From NCBI GenBank assembly GCA_051532035.1, contig JAOPTW010000091.1:1-39537 (forward strand): a stretch of DNA of 39,537 nucleotides, written 5' to 3'. Numbering within the stretch: position 1 is the stretch's first letter; each line of letters starts with the position of its first letter. Made by a program: the position numbers and the translations under genes. Origin of the DNA: Fibrobacterales bacterium. Lineage in GTDB: Bacteria; Fibrobacterota; Fibrobacteria; Fibrobacterales; JAOPTW01. Shown here in pieces: positions 19,910-29,100 of this stretch. The notes beneath the pieces are model-generated. The model searched no databases. It was not told where the DNA came from and worked only from the letters and a program-made list of their open reading frames with translations.

Positions 19910-20776
19910 CTAAAGCAATGACTCATCTTTGTCATAGGCAATCACATCCTTAAAGGTAATGCATTTATTCGGACTCAAGAGAGAGAGAAGTCTATTTATA
20001 GCAGCTTCACCCTGCCCTGATATGCTCTTTGAGAATTCATTGACATAAGTTCTAATGTGATCATCAACAACAGCTTGATCATCAATCTGAGCTTTCTCAC
20101 GAATAAAGGCATCCGCAACACCCAGCCTTGCCTCGGCATAGAGAATACTTTTCACTATCCAGTGATCAATCTCTTGAGCCTCAGATACCCGTTCTTTTTT
20201 AAGGGCAATACCACCGAGTGGTATAGGAAGCGCCGTTGACTCTTCCCAATAGGCCCCTAAATCTACCAATTGACTCAACCCATCACGCTCATAGGTAAAG
20301 CGACTTTCATGGATTACAACTCCTTGCAGCTCCTTATGAGTCAATAGTTTTTTATACAGGGTGTCAAAAAATTCATACTCAATCTGAGGTGCTGTCGCAT
20401 AGGTATTGCTAAACCAAAAATGAAACAATGCAGCTGCAGTTGTTTCTTTCCCAGGAAGAACCACTGGTGTTTGAGGGTCAAATGCTGTTTCACTCCCTTT
20501 TAAAAGAAGTGGCCCACATCCATAGCCCATTGCCCCACCAGAATAGAGGAGTTTATAGTGATTCATTACTGATGGAAGGGCGCCATACGAGAATTTAATA
20601 AGGTCGAGTTCGCCACTCCGAGCTTTTTCATTAAGGGTTTGGACATCGTGAAATACAACCTCAAAGGTATACGGACACCCTTTAAGGCGATTATGTATGA
20701 GGGCCTCAAATATAAACGTATCATTGGGGCACGGTGATATTCCTAAGGTGATCAGTTTACGTTGCATAGTCTTCAA
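19910..20776 (-). CDS. mqnD: 1,4-dihydroxy-6-naphthoate synthase (futalosine pathway)
   Basis: LGISPCPNDTFIF, DVQTLN, GGAMGYGCGPLL, VIHESRFTY, LPIPLGGI, HIRTYVNEFS. The true start may be ATG 20767. Confidence 0.95.
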   Translation of the reverse strand: MKTMQRKLITLGISPCPNDTFIFEALIHNRLKGCPYTFEVVFHDVQTLNEKARSGELDLIKFSYGALPSVMNHYKLLYSGGAMGYGCGPLLLKGSETAFDPQTPVVLPGKETTAAALFHFWFSNTYATAPQIEYEFFDTLYKKLLTHKELQGVVIHESRFTYERDGLSQLVDLGAYWEESTALPIPLGGIALKKERVSEAQEIDHWIVKSILYAEARLGVADAFIREKAQIDDQAVVDDHIRTYVNEFSKSISGQGEAAINRLLSLLSPNKCITFKDVIAYDKDESLL

Positions 20777-21419
20777 ACACCTTTCCTAGTGCTATGAGAG
20801 CACCATCTATATCCCAAGAAGACGTGTCTCGATCTGTGGCTCGATTTGAGATAGCCCGAATTTGAATTGCAGGGAGAGCAAATCGCTCTGCAAACATATA
20901 GCAGGCCGCCCCTTCCATAGACTCAACTGCAGCGTTACACAACTGTTCTCGTTGAAGTGCGGTCTGTTCAGTACCCGTACAGCAATGAACGGTCGCTCCC
21001 GTTACTCGTCTCAGACTATTCTGCACATACTTCTCAAGAAGTACACCATCAGCTTCAAAAATCTCATCTTCTACGAGCCCCATTTGAGAGAGTGATATAA
21101 AACCCTCAGCGGTCTCTGCTCCGAGATCGCCAAAACAGTCTCGTTCTACCACAATGACGTCTCTGACTGACAATCCAGAATTTGGATACGCACCCGCAAT
21201 ACCCACTTGAATAATTTCAGAAATTGCATGTTCTTGACAGAGCATAGACAATTGGAGCGCTGTTGCCACCGGCCCAATACCAGTCACAGCATAAAGCGTA
21301 TCTCCCACAATAAGCTCACCAGAACAAGCCAAAGCTTCTTCATCCACATGAGTGGGGACTACTGCAATTAACTCTTTTATAGTTGCAGCACAAATCAATC
21401 TTTTTGCCGATTCTTCCAT
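20757..21419 (-). CDS. mqnB: Futalosine hydrolase
   Basis: PNP/MTAN-fold motifs TGIGPV, GIAGAY, FGDLGAE, ESMEGAA, IRAISN...RDTSSWDI; overlaps mqnD. Confidence 0.92.
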   Translation of the reverse strand: MEESAKRLICAATIKELIAVVPTHVDEEALACSGELIVGDTLYAVTGIGPVATALQLSMLCQEHAISEIIQVGIAGAYPNSGLSVRDVIVVERDCFGDLGAETAEGFISLSQMGLVEDEIFEADGVLLEKYVQNSLRRVTGATVHCCTGTEQTALQREQLCNAAVESMEGAACYMFAERFALPAIQIRAISNRATDRDTSSWDIDGALIALGKVFEDYAT

Positions 21420-21472
21420 TGTTTATCTAATAAATTGATGGTATACTCCAAATGTATTAAATCAACTCACCC

Positions 21473-22198
21473 ATGGCGAGCAAAAGAAGTAGTATGGAAG
21501 AAGACTCAACATATAGCTTTATATATACATTCTATTTTGATGATGGTAAAAAGTACCACTTTAAAATTGCCATATTAAAAGAAGATGTGAGTCTCATAGC
21601 ACCTCCGCGAACTGACTTCCCGGCATGGACCGAACTCAATAATTGTAAATGCCCCAACTGCCCCCTTAATGAAAATGAAGTAACTCATTGCCCTATGGCA
21701 GTAAGTATTATTGATGTTGTCGAGACCTTTAATGACGTATACTCTTATGAAGAAGTCTCTGTCACCGTCACCACCCCCGATCGAACCTATATGAAAAAAG
21801 CAGGGATCCAAGAAGGTCTCAGTTCTATCATGGGCCTCTATATGGCAACGAGTGGATGCCCCAATCTAAAGAAATTACGCCCCATGGCAGCCTATCATCT
21901 CCCCTTTGCGTCTCTTGATGATACCATTTACCGCGTCCTCTCTATGTATGCTCTCGCACAGTTGTTAAAAAACCGCAAGAACGAAACATTTAATAATGAC
22001 TTTACTGAGCTCACTGAGCTCTATGAAAATATTAGAATTGTCAATATGCAGTTTTGTGAAAGACTCCGTGGTATGCTACAGAAAGACGCCAATGTTAATG
22101 CGGTGGTGATACTGAATAATTTTGCGGAGTTTGTCCCATTCTCAATCAGTGAGGATATGCTCGAGAACTTAGAGAAACAATTTGCTGATTTCTTCTAA
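21473..22198 (+). CDS. DUF6901-like protein with Cys motifs
   Basis: PAWTELNNCKCPNCPL...HCP, MATSGCP, LRPMAAYHLPFA, DANVNAVVIL. Extended -10 TGGTATACT at 21439-21447. Confidence 0.75.
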   Translation: MASKRSSMEEDSTYSFIYTFYFDDGKKYHFKIAILKEDVSLIAPPRTDFPAWTELNNCKCPNCPLNENEVTHCPMAVSIIDVVETFNDVYSYEEVSVTVTTPDRTYMKKAGIQEGLSSIMGLYMATSGCPNLKKLRPMAAYHLPFASLDDTIYRVLSMYALAQLLKNRKNETFNNDFTELTELYENIRIVNMQFCERLRGMLQKDANVNAVVILNNFAEFVPFSISEDMLENLEKQFADFF

Positions 22199-22275
22199 TA
22201 ATCCACGATTACGCCCCCTAATCTGACCACTCATAATCTTTTTTAAATCTTTTTTACATTTTGGGCCGAAAAAGG

Positions 22276-22304
22276 TTTACAGTTATTCCAGGGTTATATA
22301 TATT
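22276..22304 (+). promoter_or_regulatory. sigma70-type promoter of the tRNA gene
   Basis: TTTACA-N17-TATATT, ending 11 nt before the mature tRNA 5' end. Confidence 0.7.
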
Positions 22305-22315
22305 TGACCTCACAG

Positions 22316-22389
<74 letters not shown>

Positions 22390-22395
22390 TAAAAC

Positions 22396-22427
22396 AAAAA
22401 AAGCCACTCAATAGAGTGGCTTTTTTT
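22396..22427. terminator. Bidirectional Rho-independent terminator after the tRNA
   Basis: A7-GCCACTC-AATA-GAGTGGC-T7. Confidence 0.92.
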
Positions 22428-22455
22428 GTTTATCCGTGTATCCGTATGCAAGCAT

Positions 22456-22605
22456 GGGAACAGGTTCATATAAGCACGACTCAGGGCGCTTGACCGAGCA
22501 GCTCATGTAATGAGCGACCAGGTACCCGGGAGTGATTATCACTCGACACCCGTGGCGAGCCCGAAGGGTGAATATTTTCAGAAAGAAAATGTGAATAAAT
22601 CCTGT
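22456..22605. other. Structured non-coding element bounded by the two halves of the adjacent tRNA T-arm
   Basis: ACAGGTTCA (22460-68) and AAATCCTGT (22597-605) flank a 128-nt multi-hairpin insert that is GC-richer than its surroundings. Confidence 0.6.
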
Positions 22606-22661
22606 GAGTAATGAGTACGGTCTTTCCCTTATACTGTTTTTTCTTTTTCCTTTAGACATCC

Positions 22662-23126
22662 CTACTTCTTCGAAATCATTGCAACCGCAAGGTCAAAGCT
22701 AAACTCTTTATATTGAAAAGGGATGACCATTGCCATAACATCTTTTGCATCTGATATGGTATGTTTCTTTCCTGTTATAACTGACGGTAGAGAGATTTGA
22801 ACATTCAAGTCCTGCAAATATTTTTTTGCATATCCCGCAATAATATTTGCGAGCTCCCCTACTGCATCGGTCAAATTTTCATCGAGTTTGGTTACGGGTT
22901 CTCCCACAAATTCAGAGACAACATCGAAAGCACACTCCTGCGGAAAACTTAAAGAGACCGCTCCTTTCGCGTCGCCTGAGAGACCAATAATACCCGAGAT
23001 ATCATGAGTCGTACTCGAATTATCTTTAAGGTGAATTTTTCCAGGTTTAATGGTACTATTCACCATTGTCTCAAAAGTGTATATCGTCGCTTTAATAAAT
23101 GGATTTACATGCTCTACGTTGACCAT
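22662..23126 (-). CDS. cheX: Chemotaxis phosphatase CheX family protein
   Basis: HVNPFI, DISGIIGLSG, DAVGELANIIAG (ExxN), ISLPSVITG. Confidence 0.93.
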   Translation of the reverse strand: MVNVEHVNPFIKATIYTFETMVNSTIKPGKIHLKDNSSTTHDISGIIGLSGDAKGAVSLSFPQECAFDVVSEFVGEPVTKLDENLTDAVGELANIIAGYAKKYLQDLNVQISLPSVITGKKHTISDAKDVMAMVIPFQYKEFSFDLAVAMISKK

Positions 23127-23293
23127 ACTACCGCACTATTTTGATCCTATCACCTCAATTATCCTATTAATCCATTAAATAAAGTTCATTTTATGTCTAG
23201 AAATTGCATAAATCTTTAAAAGTGGCACCCTCAGGACTCCCAAAAAACCACAATTTGGCTATTTTTTACCAACACCACCATAAGGAGAATCCC

Positions 23294-25357
23294 GTGCTAC
23301 GAGTTATATTACCTCTGGTATGTGCAGGAATGGTTTATGCGCAAAGTGCATCACCATCTATAACGTTTGATAATGGGCAAAATCAAACACCTACTGCAAG
23401 CACCGAAGTACCCACCCTTCCCAAATTTGAACCCGGTTTTGCGACAGACCAAGATCTTGAAAAAGTAGCTCAGTTTATTGCAGAACACCCTGAGACGTAT
23501 CCTGATGCTGTGAGTGCAAAAAATGCATTTGTCGAAGCGGGTATTACCGACCTGGCTGCAGCAAAACTTGCATACATCAAATTCAGAGAAGCATACGACA
23601 AAATGCAAGCGAAGAAAGCTAAAGAAGAAAAGCGTATCGCTGATGCACAAAAACAGTCGAGTAACTCTTACGATCCCTACTCTCCTAATAACAGTATGGT
23701 AGAACCTCTCTCTTCAAGTTCAACAACTGTAGAACAACAATCTCCTGGAGCTCCTGAGACTCCTGTTGTTGCAGAAGAATCAACAGTACCGCTCTCAAGT
23801 AGTGCGACTGAGACTGCTACTGCAGCTCCAGCAGCAAAAGAACCTACAGCTACAGAAGAGAGTGCTCAAGCAGGCTTCAGCTTTAACAATAGTCTTTCTA
23901 TGGCATTTGTTACGGTCAATGGCAAAGATCAACCACGAATTGCTTGGATGCCAGAATTTACCATTGGGAACTTTGGTATTAAATTTGATATCTCTTTCTA
24001 TTTACGCAATGGTTCTCCGTCTGGTCAAGGATGGGAGTTTGATAACAACACCGAAATCAGAAATACCATCTACGACAAGATCTACTACATCCGATATAAT
24101 CAACCGGGTGATATGTTTTATATCAAAGCAGGAGCAATAGAAGCTATCACTATGGACCCTGCTGCACTCCTTACATCTAACTGGGGTAATGTTGCACAGT
24201 ATCCAGGAAGAAAGCTCCTTGGTGTACATCTCCAACTTAACAGACTTCTTGGTCCTATAGCACTTAATGTTGAAGCGGCAACAAACTCTGTAGAAGATTG
24301 GCAAAATGGTGGGGGTGTTGTAGCATCACGTGCTTCATTTACCCCTCTTGGCTTTCTATCCCTCCCTATTATAAAGGACTTTAGATTGGGGGGAACTTTT
24401 GTTGGAGATTACAACCAATATGCAGGCCTTAAGGATAGCGATCAAGATGGATGTCCAGACAAAGTAGACCAACAAGACGATAACGCTTCGGTTTGTTTAC
24501 AACAACCTAACTCTATTAAAGAAAATCTCATTTTCCCAGTATATTGGAGTGACATTTTAAAAGACCAATTTGTTAATGAATACAAAGCAGTAGATAGTCG
24601 TCAATCTGATTCTCTCAAAGGTGAATTTGCTGATGACCCTTTTAGACTCATCGCTTTTGACGCATTTTTACCAGTTATATCTACCTCAGTTCTCTCTCTT
24701 GATTTATACAGTGAATTTGCTACTACCCTTTGGGCATCAAACAACGCCTTTTCACAAGACTATGGTATTGTGCCCCTCGGAAGTAGAATGCACTTTGGCA
24801 TTGTCGATTTGGGACTTGAGTATCGTTTCTTTCATGGTAAATTTAACGCAGGTCATTTTGATGCAAACTACGAAATCCAACGAATACTCCAAGACGATAA
24901 CACCAATCAATATGAGACGAAAGAGGCTGCATACTGGTCTGAAGACTTTGGCAAAAGACACGGAATATTTAGCTCGCTGGATGTCGATCTAGGTGTTGTG
25001 GCTATATTAGGTGGTAACTATCAGCACCTCATTAGTGATAGAAAAGACGAACGCTACGATCGATCATATAGAGCCCACCTTTCACTCGGTGAGTCTATTA
25101 CTCAGTTCATTCCTAAAGTTCAATCAGCATCGGTGTTCTTTAATAAAAAACGCGTTGGTCAAGATAAAGGCCATGATGGGACTTGGCCTCGTGATGGATT
25201 CTTTCAGCTCTCCCAATACACCGATTGGGGTTTTCAGATGGCTTTTGATATGAATGGTATGAACCTTCAAGTGATAAGTTCATTTACCTACAAATATGAA
25301 GGTGCCGTACTTGTCTCTGATAACCAGTTTAGAGCAGAGACTCTCATAAGCTTTTAG
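23294..25357 (+). CDS. Putative outer-membrane beta-barrel protein with N-terminal helical domain, low-complexity linker and a TSP3-like Ca-binding loop
   Basis: GTG 23294 with TAAGGAG RBS and a signal peptide (…GMVYA|Q). S/T/A/E/P-rich linker; alternating beta-strand pattern; DSDQDGCPDKVD motif; terminal Phe. Confidence 0.7.
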   Translation: MLRVILPLVCAGMVYAQSASPSITFDNGQNQTPTASTEVPTLPKFEPGFATDQDLEKVAQFIAEHPETYPDAVSAKNAFVEAGITDLAAAKLAYIKFREAYDKMQAKKAKEEKRIADAQKQSSNSYDPYSPNNSMVEPLSSSSTTVEQQSPGAPETPVVAEESTVPLSSSATETATAAPAAKEPTATEESAQAGFSFNNSLSMAFVTVNGKDQPRIAWMPEFTIGNFGIKFDISFYLRNGSPSGQGWEFDNNTEIRNTIYDKIYYIRYNQPGDMFYIKAGAIEAITMDPAALLTSNWGNVAQYPGRKLLGVHLQLNRLLGPIALNVEAATNSVEDWQNGGGVVASRASFTPLGFLSLPIIKDFRLGGTFVGDYNQYAGLKDSDQDGCPDKVDQQDDNASVCLQQPNSIKENLIFPVYWSDILKDQFVNEYKAVDSRQSDSLKGEFADDPFRLIAFDAFLPVISTSVLSLDLYSEFATTLWASNNAFSQDYGIVPLGSRMHFGIVDLGLEYRFFHGKFNAGHFDANYEIQRILQDDNTNQYETKEAAYWSEDFGKRHGIFSSLDVDLGVVAILGGNYQHLISDRKDERYDRSYRAHLSLGESITQFIPKVQSASVFFNKKRVGQDKGHDGTWPRDGFFQLSQYTDWGFQMAFDMNGMNLQVISSFTYKYEGAVLVSDNQFRAETLISF

Positions 25358-25377
25358 ACCCGTATTTTTCCAAATTT

Positions 25378-25406
25378 AAAGGCCGGTTTTATAACCGGCC
25401 TTTTTT
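25378..25406 (+). terminator. Rho-independent terminator
   Basis: GGCCGGTT-TTAT-AACCGGCC followed by T6. Confidence 0.92.
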
Positions 25407-25511
25407 GTTTGTCAGACTTAATAAATAAATAAATAAATATCAATTTATATCAAACAGTGAAAAGTCATTCCCTTTTCTTCACCAAAATGGTAGAGTATAA
25501 TTCAGGAGACA

Positions 25512-26141
25512 ATGATGAAATTGACTGAATTACTCTATAAAAAAGATGGTGTACATAAAACAATTGAGAATGTTATCTCAACAAGTGAACTTCTTGAAGA
25601 GATCATTAAGGTCAAACAGTCTCGTATTACCACATTAGAGATTGCAGAAAAAAAACTTTTCGAGACCCAACACAAACTGCGCGACAGCATTGATAGCGAA
25701 AAGAGTCAACAGCAGCACTGCGAAGATCAATCCCTCATTTTACTAAAAAATGATGAAAAGAAAAAAGCATTTGCTCTGTTACGTTCGTCCATGAAACATG
25801 AGAAACAGACCATTACACTCATTGGGCAGCTTCAAAAAGTTACCCAAAATATTACAGATATTGCAATTGACATTCAAGCACTCAAAGATGAAGTGTACGA
25901 GCTCCATAGCGCTCAAAACTTACTCCAAAAAGAGAAACAGTCGACCATTACTGTTCCTGACCTCACCAGTGCTATAGAGAATTACAAGTCACCGTTTACC
26001 TCGACTACCGCAAGAAAAGTTGACGAACTCATTCATCAACTTGAGCTGACCTTTTCACAGGAACATCACAGTATCGAGACCCAACTTCATTACGATGAAG
26101 TAGAAGCGTATATCGAATCTATACGCGCAAAAATTTCTTAA
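25512..26141 (+). CDS. Coiled-coil protein, divergent PspA/IM30-like
   Basis: TATAAT and AGGAG upstream; all-helical heptad pattern; KNDEKKKAFALLR resembles the PspA hairpin turn (G.EDLAR.AL); size ~210 aa. Confidence 0.55.
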   Translation: MMKLTELLYKKDGVHKTIENVISTSELLEEIIKVKQSRITTLEIAEKKLFETQHKLRDSIDSEKSQQQHCEDQSLILLKNDEKKKAFALLRSSMKHEKQTITLIGQLQKVTQNITDIAIDIQALKDEVYELHSAQNLLQKEKQSTITVPDLTSAIENYKSPFTSTTARKVDELIHQLELTFSQEHHSIETQLHYDEVEAYIESIRAKIS

Positions 26142-26148
26142 TATTTTT

Positions 26149-26192
26149 TAGTATCCAATTAAAGAACCTTTGGTTCCTGTAATTGGATACTA
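26149..26192. other. Long hairpin between convergent genes (terminator or stabiliser)
   Basis: TAGTATCCAATT...AATTGGATACTA 12-bp arms with an inner GAACC/GGTTC stem; no canonical U tail. Confidence 0.5.
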
Positions 26193-26199
26193 TTGAAAT

Positions 26200-29100
26200 T
26201 TAATTGGAAGGCTCAAATTTTATCCAGTCGAGATTTATGCCATCGCCATCAAATACCACTGCCACTTTGTAGTTCTTTGTTTGACTCACAGTAAAGCTCG
26301 TTGAAAGAGCATCATTGAAGGTTTCATATTTACTACCAGCACCAAAATTCCACGTTGAATAATAAAGAATAGTCGTTAAAATTTCTTGATCATCAAGCCT
26401 GAGTATTACCCCCTTATTCCCATTTGCCCAACTAGCATAACGCATACGTAGTTGATAGGTCCCGGCCTGCAATGGGACATCATACCAATCAATCCAAGCT
26501 CCATCTGTTACATACCCCACATACGACGGGACCGTCCCTGCGACTTGTAGACCACTACTCATTACGGTGTTATTTTCGGCTTCTAGGAGTTTCGTAGCGC
26601 CACTTCCCCCACTCCCTCCATCATCGTCTCCAGGAGTATACCCGTTATCAGTATAGGTAATATGGACGTTATCAACCATATATGAAAAAGGGCCTCCTTG
26701 ATTGTTATAAATATTAAACGGCACGACCATGTTCTTTAAATCAATTCCGGTAAAATCAGAAAGAGATATTCCAATTTCTTGCCAAGTATCATCTGCAACA
26801 AAACCATAATCTCGGAGCCAAGCCCATGCACTTCCATGCCCAGGTTGCCCATCGGGTGCCCCCCACTCAACTTTAACCCCTAGATCTGGGTTACTACTCC
26901 GTGCCCAAAAGCGCAGAACCGCATTTGACATATGATTTAAATCAACCGGAGTATCATATCGAATAGATAATCCCCCTTTATCTGAACAGTTTGCAAGCAG
27001 AGCATTAGATCCCTGCAGCTCATTCGATTTTACCGAAACCAAACAATCCCACCACTGATATAGTTTACCACCATCGTTTGTAATATCGTCATCAAGAGCG
27101 CCATCATCAGTAAAAACATTATATCCATCAATATTTATCTCAACCGGTATGAAATTCCATTTCTGTTCTGTAGCATAGTTATCATTGACCCCTTGGTTTG
27201 TAACTCTACACCCATTTACTTCGACACTCGTCCCTCTAACCTCTGGGGCAGAGTTCCACCCTTCAACACCATCGAGGTCCAGGCACGTGCCGGAGTTAGA
27301 TACTGGTTGCACCCTAAAATAGCCATTCTCTGCATAACTAATATACCACTTTTGATTGAGTGCCCCCTGCCATGACCACTGATGTACATTGGGGCCACTA
27401 TAATTTGATACATCAAGATATTTATTTGAATGTGCGTTACGCAAGATGAACCGGCCATTCTTCAAATAATTAACGACCCAATTTTGTGAATTTGAACCAT
27501 TACAATCCCATTGTATAATATTCGCTCCATTTGAGGTAGATGGACCTTGAATCCCAATGCAATAGTGTGATCGGTTATTAACCAGACGATAAATTCCTGG
27601 GATAATTTCTGTACGCGTATAGGCAACAACAAGCTCCCACTCTTGCCATGTAGATAAATTACATGAGCGAGTTTCTATATTTGCACCAGCATTACTCCCC
27701 AGGGGCTGTACGCATCGACTGTTATCATATTGTGATTTAATTTGATAAAACCCCGAAGTAGAACCAGGCTCTATTCTCCACCTTTGGGCCTTACCCCCTG
27801 CAGAAGTTCCCCACTGTTGAACATTGTTTGAGGTACCTGCACCTTCTAAATCAACTACCTTCCCCGAAACAATACTTTTAAGCTCCCATTTCCCATTACC
27901 CAGTTGTGTAGCTTGCCATTGTTGTGCTTGAGAATAGTTACAGTCCCATTGTTGAATATTTACCCCATTTGCAGTACCTTGTGCCGTTACATCCATACAT
28001 TTTCCGGTTCGCTTATTAACAAATTGATATGCGGTCTCTAAGACCCCATGATATGTGGGGTCTTCAGGGGCTGCTGCTGCGGCACTCGAAACGGTAAATG
28101 CCGTATAACCCGTATTAGATGAGACAGCTGGTGGTTCACAATTTAAAATAATATTGGTATAGGCTGTAACGATACCATCATCACCACAATCCATTGAATA
28201 GGTCACTAAGTGGTTTACATTAGCGGCATTAGTCGGATTATTCAGAATCGAATTAATCGTTGTTTCAATGTCGTCTGGCGACGTTGTAATAGTTTCAGCG
28301 CAGTTCGAAATATCACCTGCTTTAGTTTTGGTAATCCGTGCATCAAGGTCTGCCCACGTTGTACCATTGTTACATTCTGCACCCGCTATTGAGATTACTG
28401 GAGGATTTGTTAAAAGCTGCGGGGGCACCCCTTCTAAGACCAAATCATCATTGGATGCAGGTACAGAAGTAACACTGTAGCTCCCCAACCGCTCCAATAC
28501 CAATTGATCTGCAATTGCTTGTACTACCATAACGGGATTACCACAAGCAGCTATTTGTGCATCAGTCTGAGTTGCCTCATAAGCAAAATTGAGCTTCATG
28601 ACGTTACTTACAACCGTAGGGTTATATTGTATCACTTGCTTTCCATCAGCACAGGTTTGATAACTTTTTGTCGGATCACTCTTACACGATTGAGTCGCCC
28701 AATGAAAGCCACCCGAAGTATTCAATGTCGTCGGTGTATTGTTTTCATCATCAATGAATATTGAGCCCGAAATAGTATCTTTTTGATCATTCTGTGCAAA
28801 ATACATTGTTGCCGATGTGGTAGCAACAAACACATAATTACCATACCCCGCATCGTATTTGGTGTTGGTTTCTCTATTTTTCCATCCCTTAAGTACTCCA
28901 ATATAAGGTCCTGCTCTATGTTGATTTGATACGAATGTCTCATCATTATAAAATATTTTTCGGCCTGTTAATTGCAATTGATTAGTATTTTCAAATATCG
29001 CGAGCACTTGAATCGTTTTAGAGGTACGAGGAAAATTATTGGTCACATTCAACGCGGTAACATCAACATTACCTGTAAAATAGAACACCATGTTATTACT

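Noticed and set aside
22408..22659. 83-aa minus-strand ORF over the post-tRNA element
   Set aside because: It runs into the terminator, has no motifs, and the region is better explained as structured non-coding sequence.
23223..23240. TGGCAC as a sigma54 -24 box upstream of the OMP gene
   Set aside because: No TTGC -12 element at the required spacing.
25419..25438. (TAAA)n short repeat upstream of the PspA-like gene
   Set aside because: Only about four units in an AT-rich spacer; not distinguishable from background.
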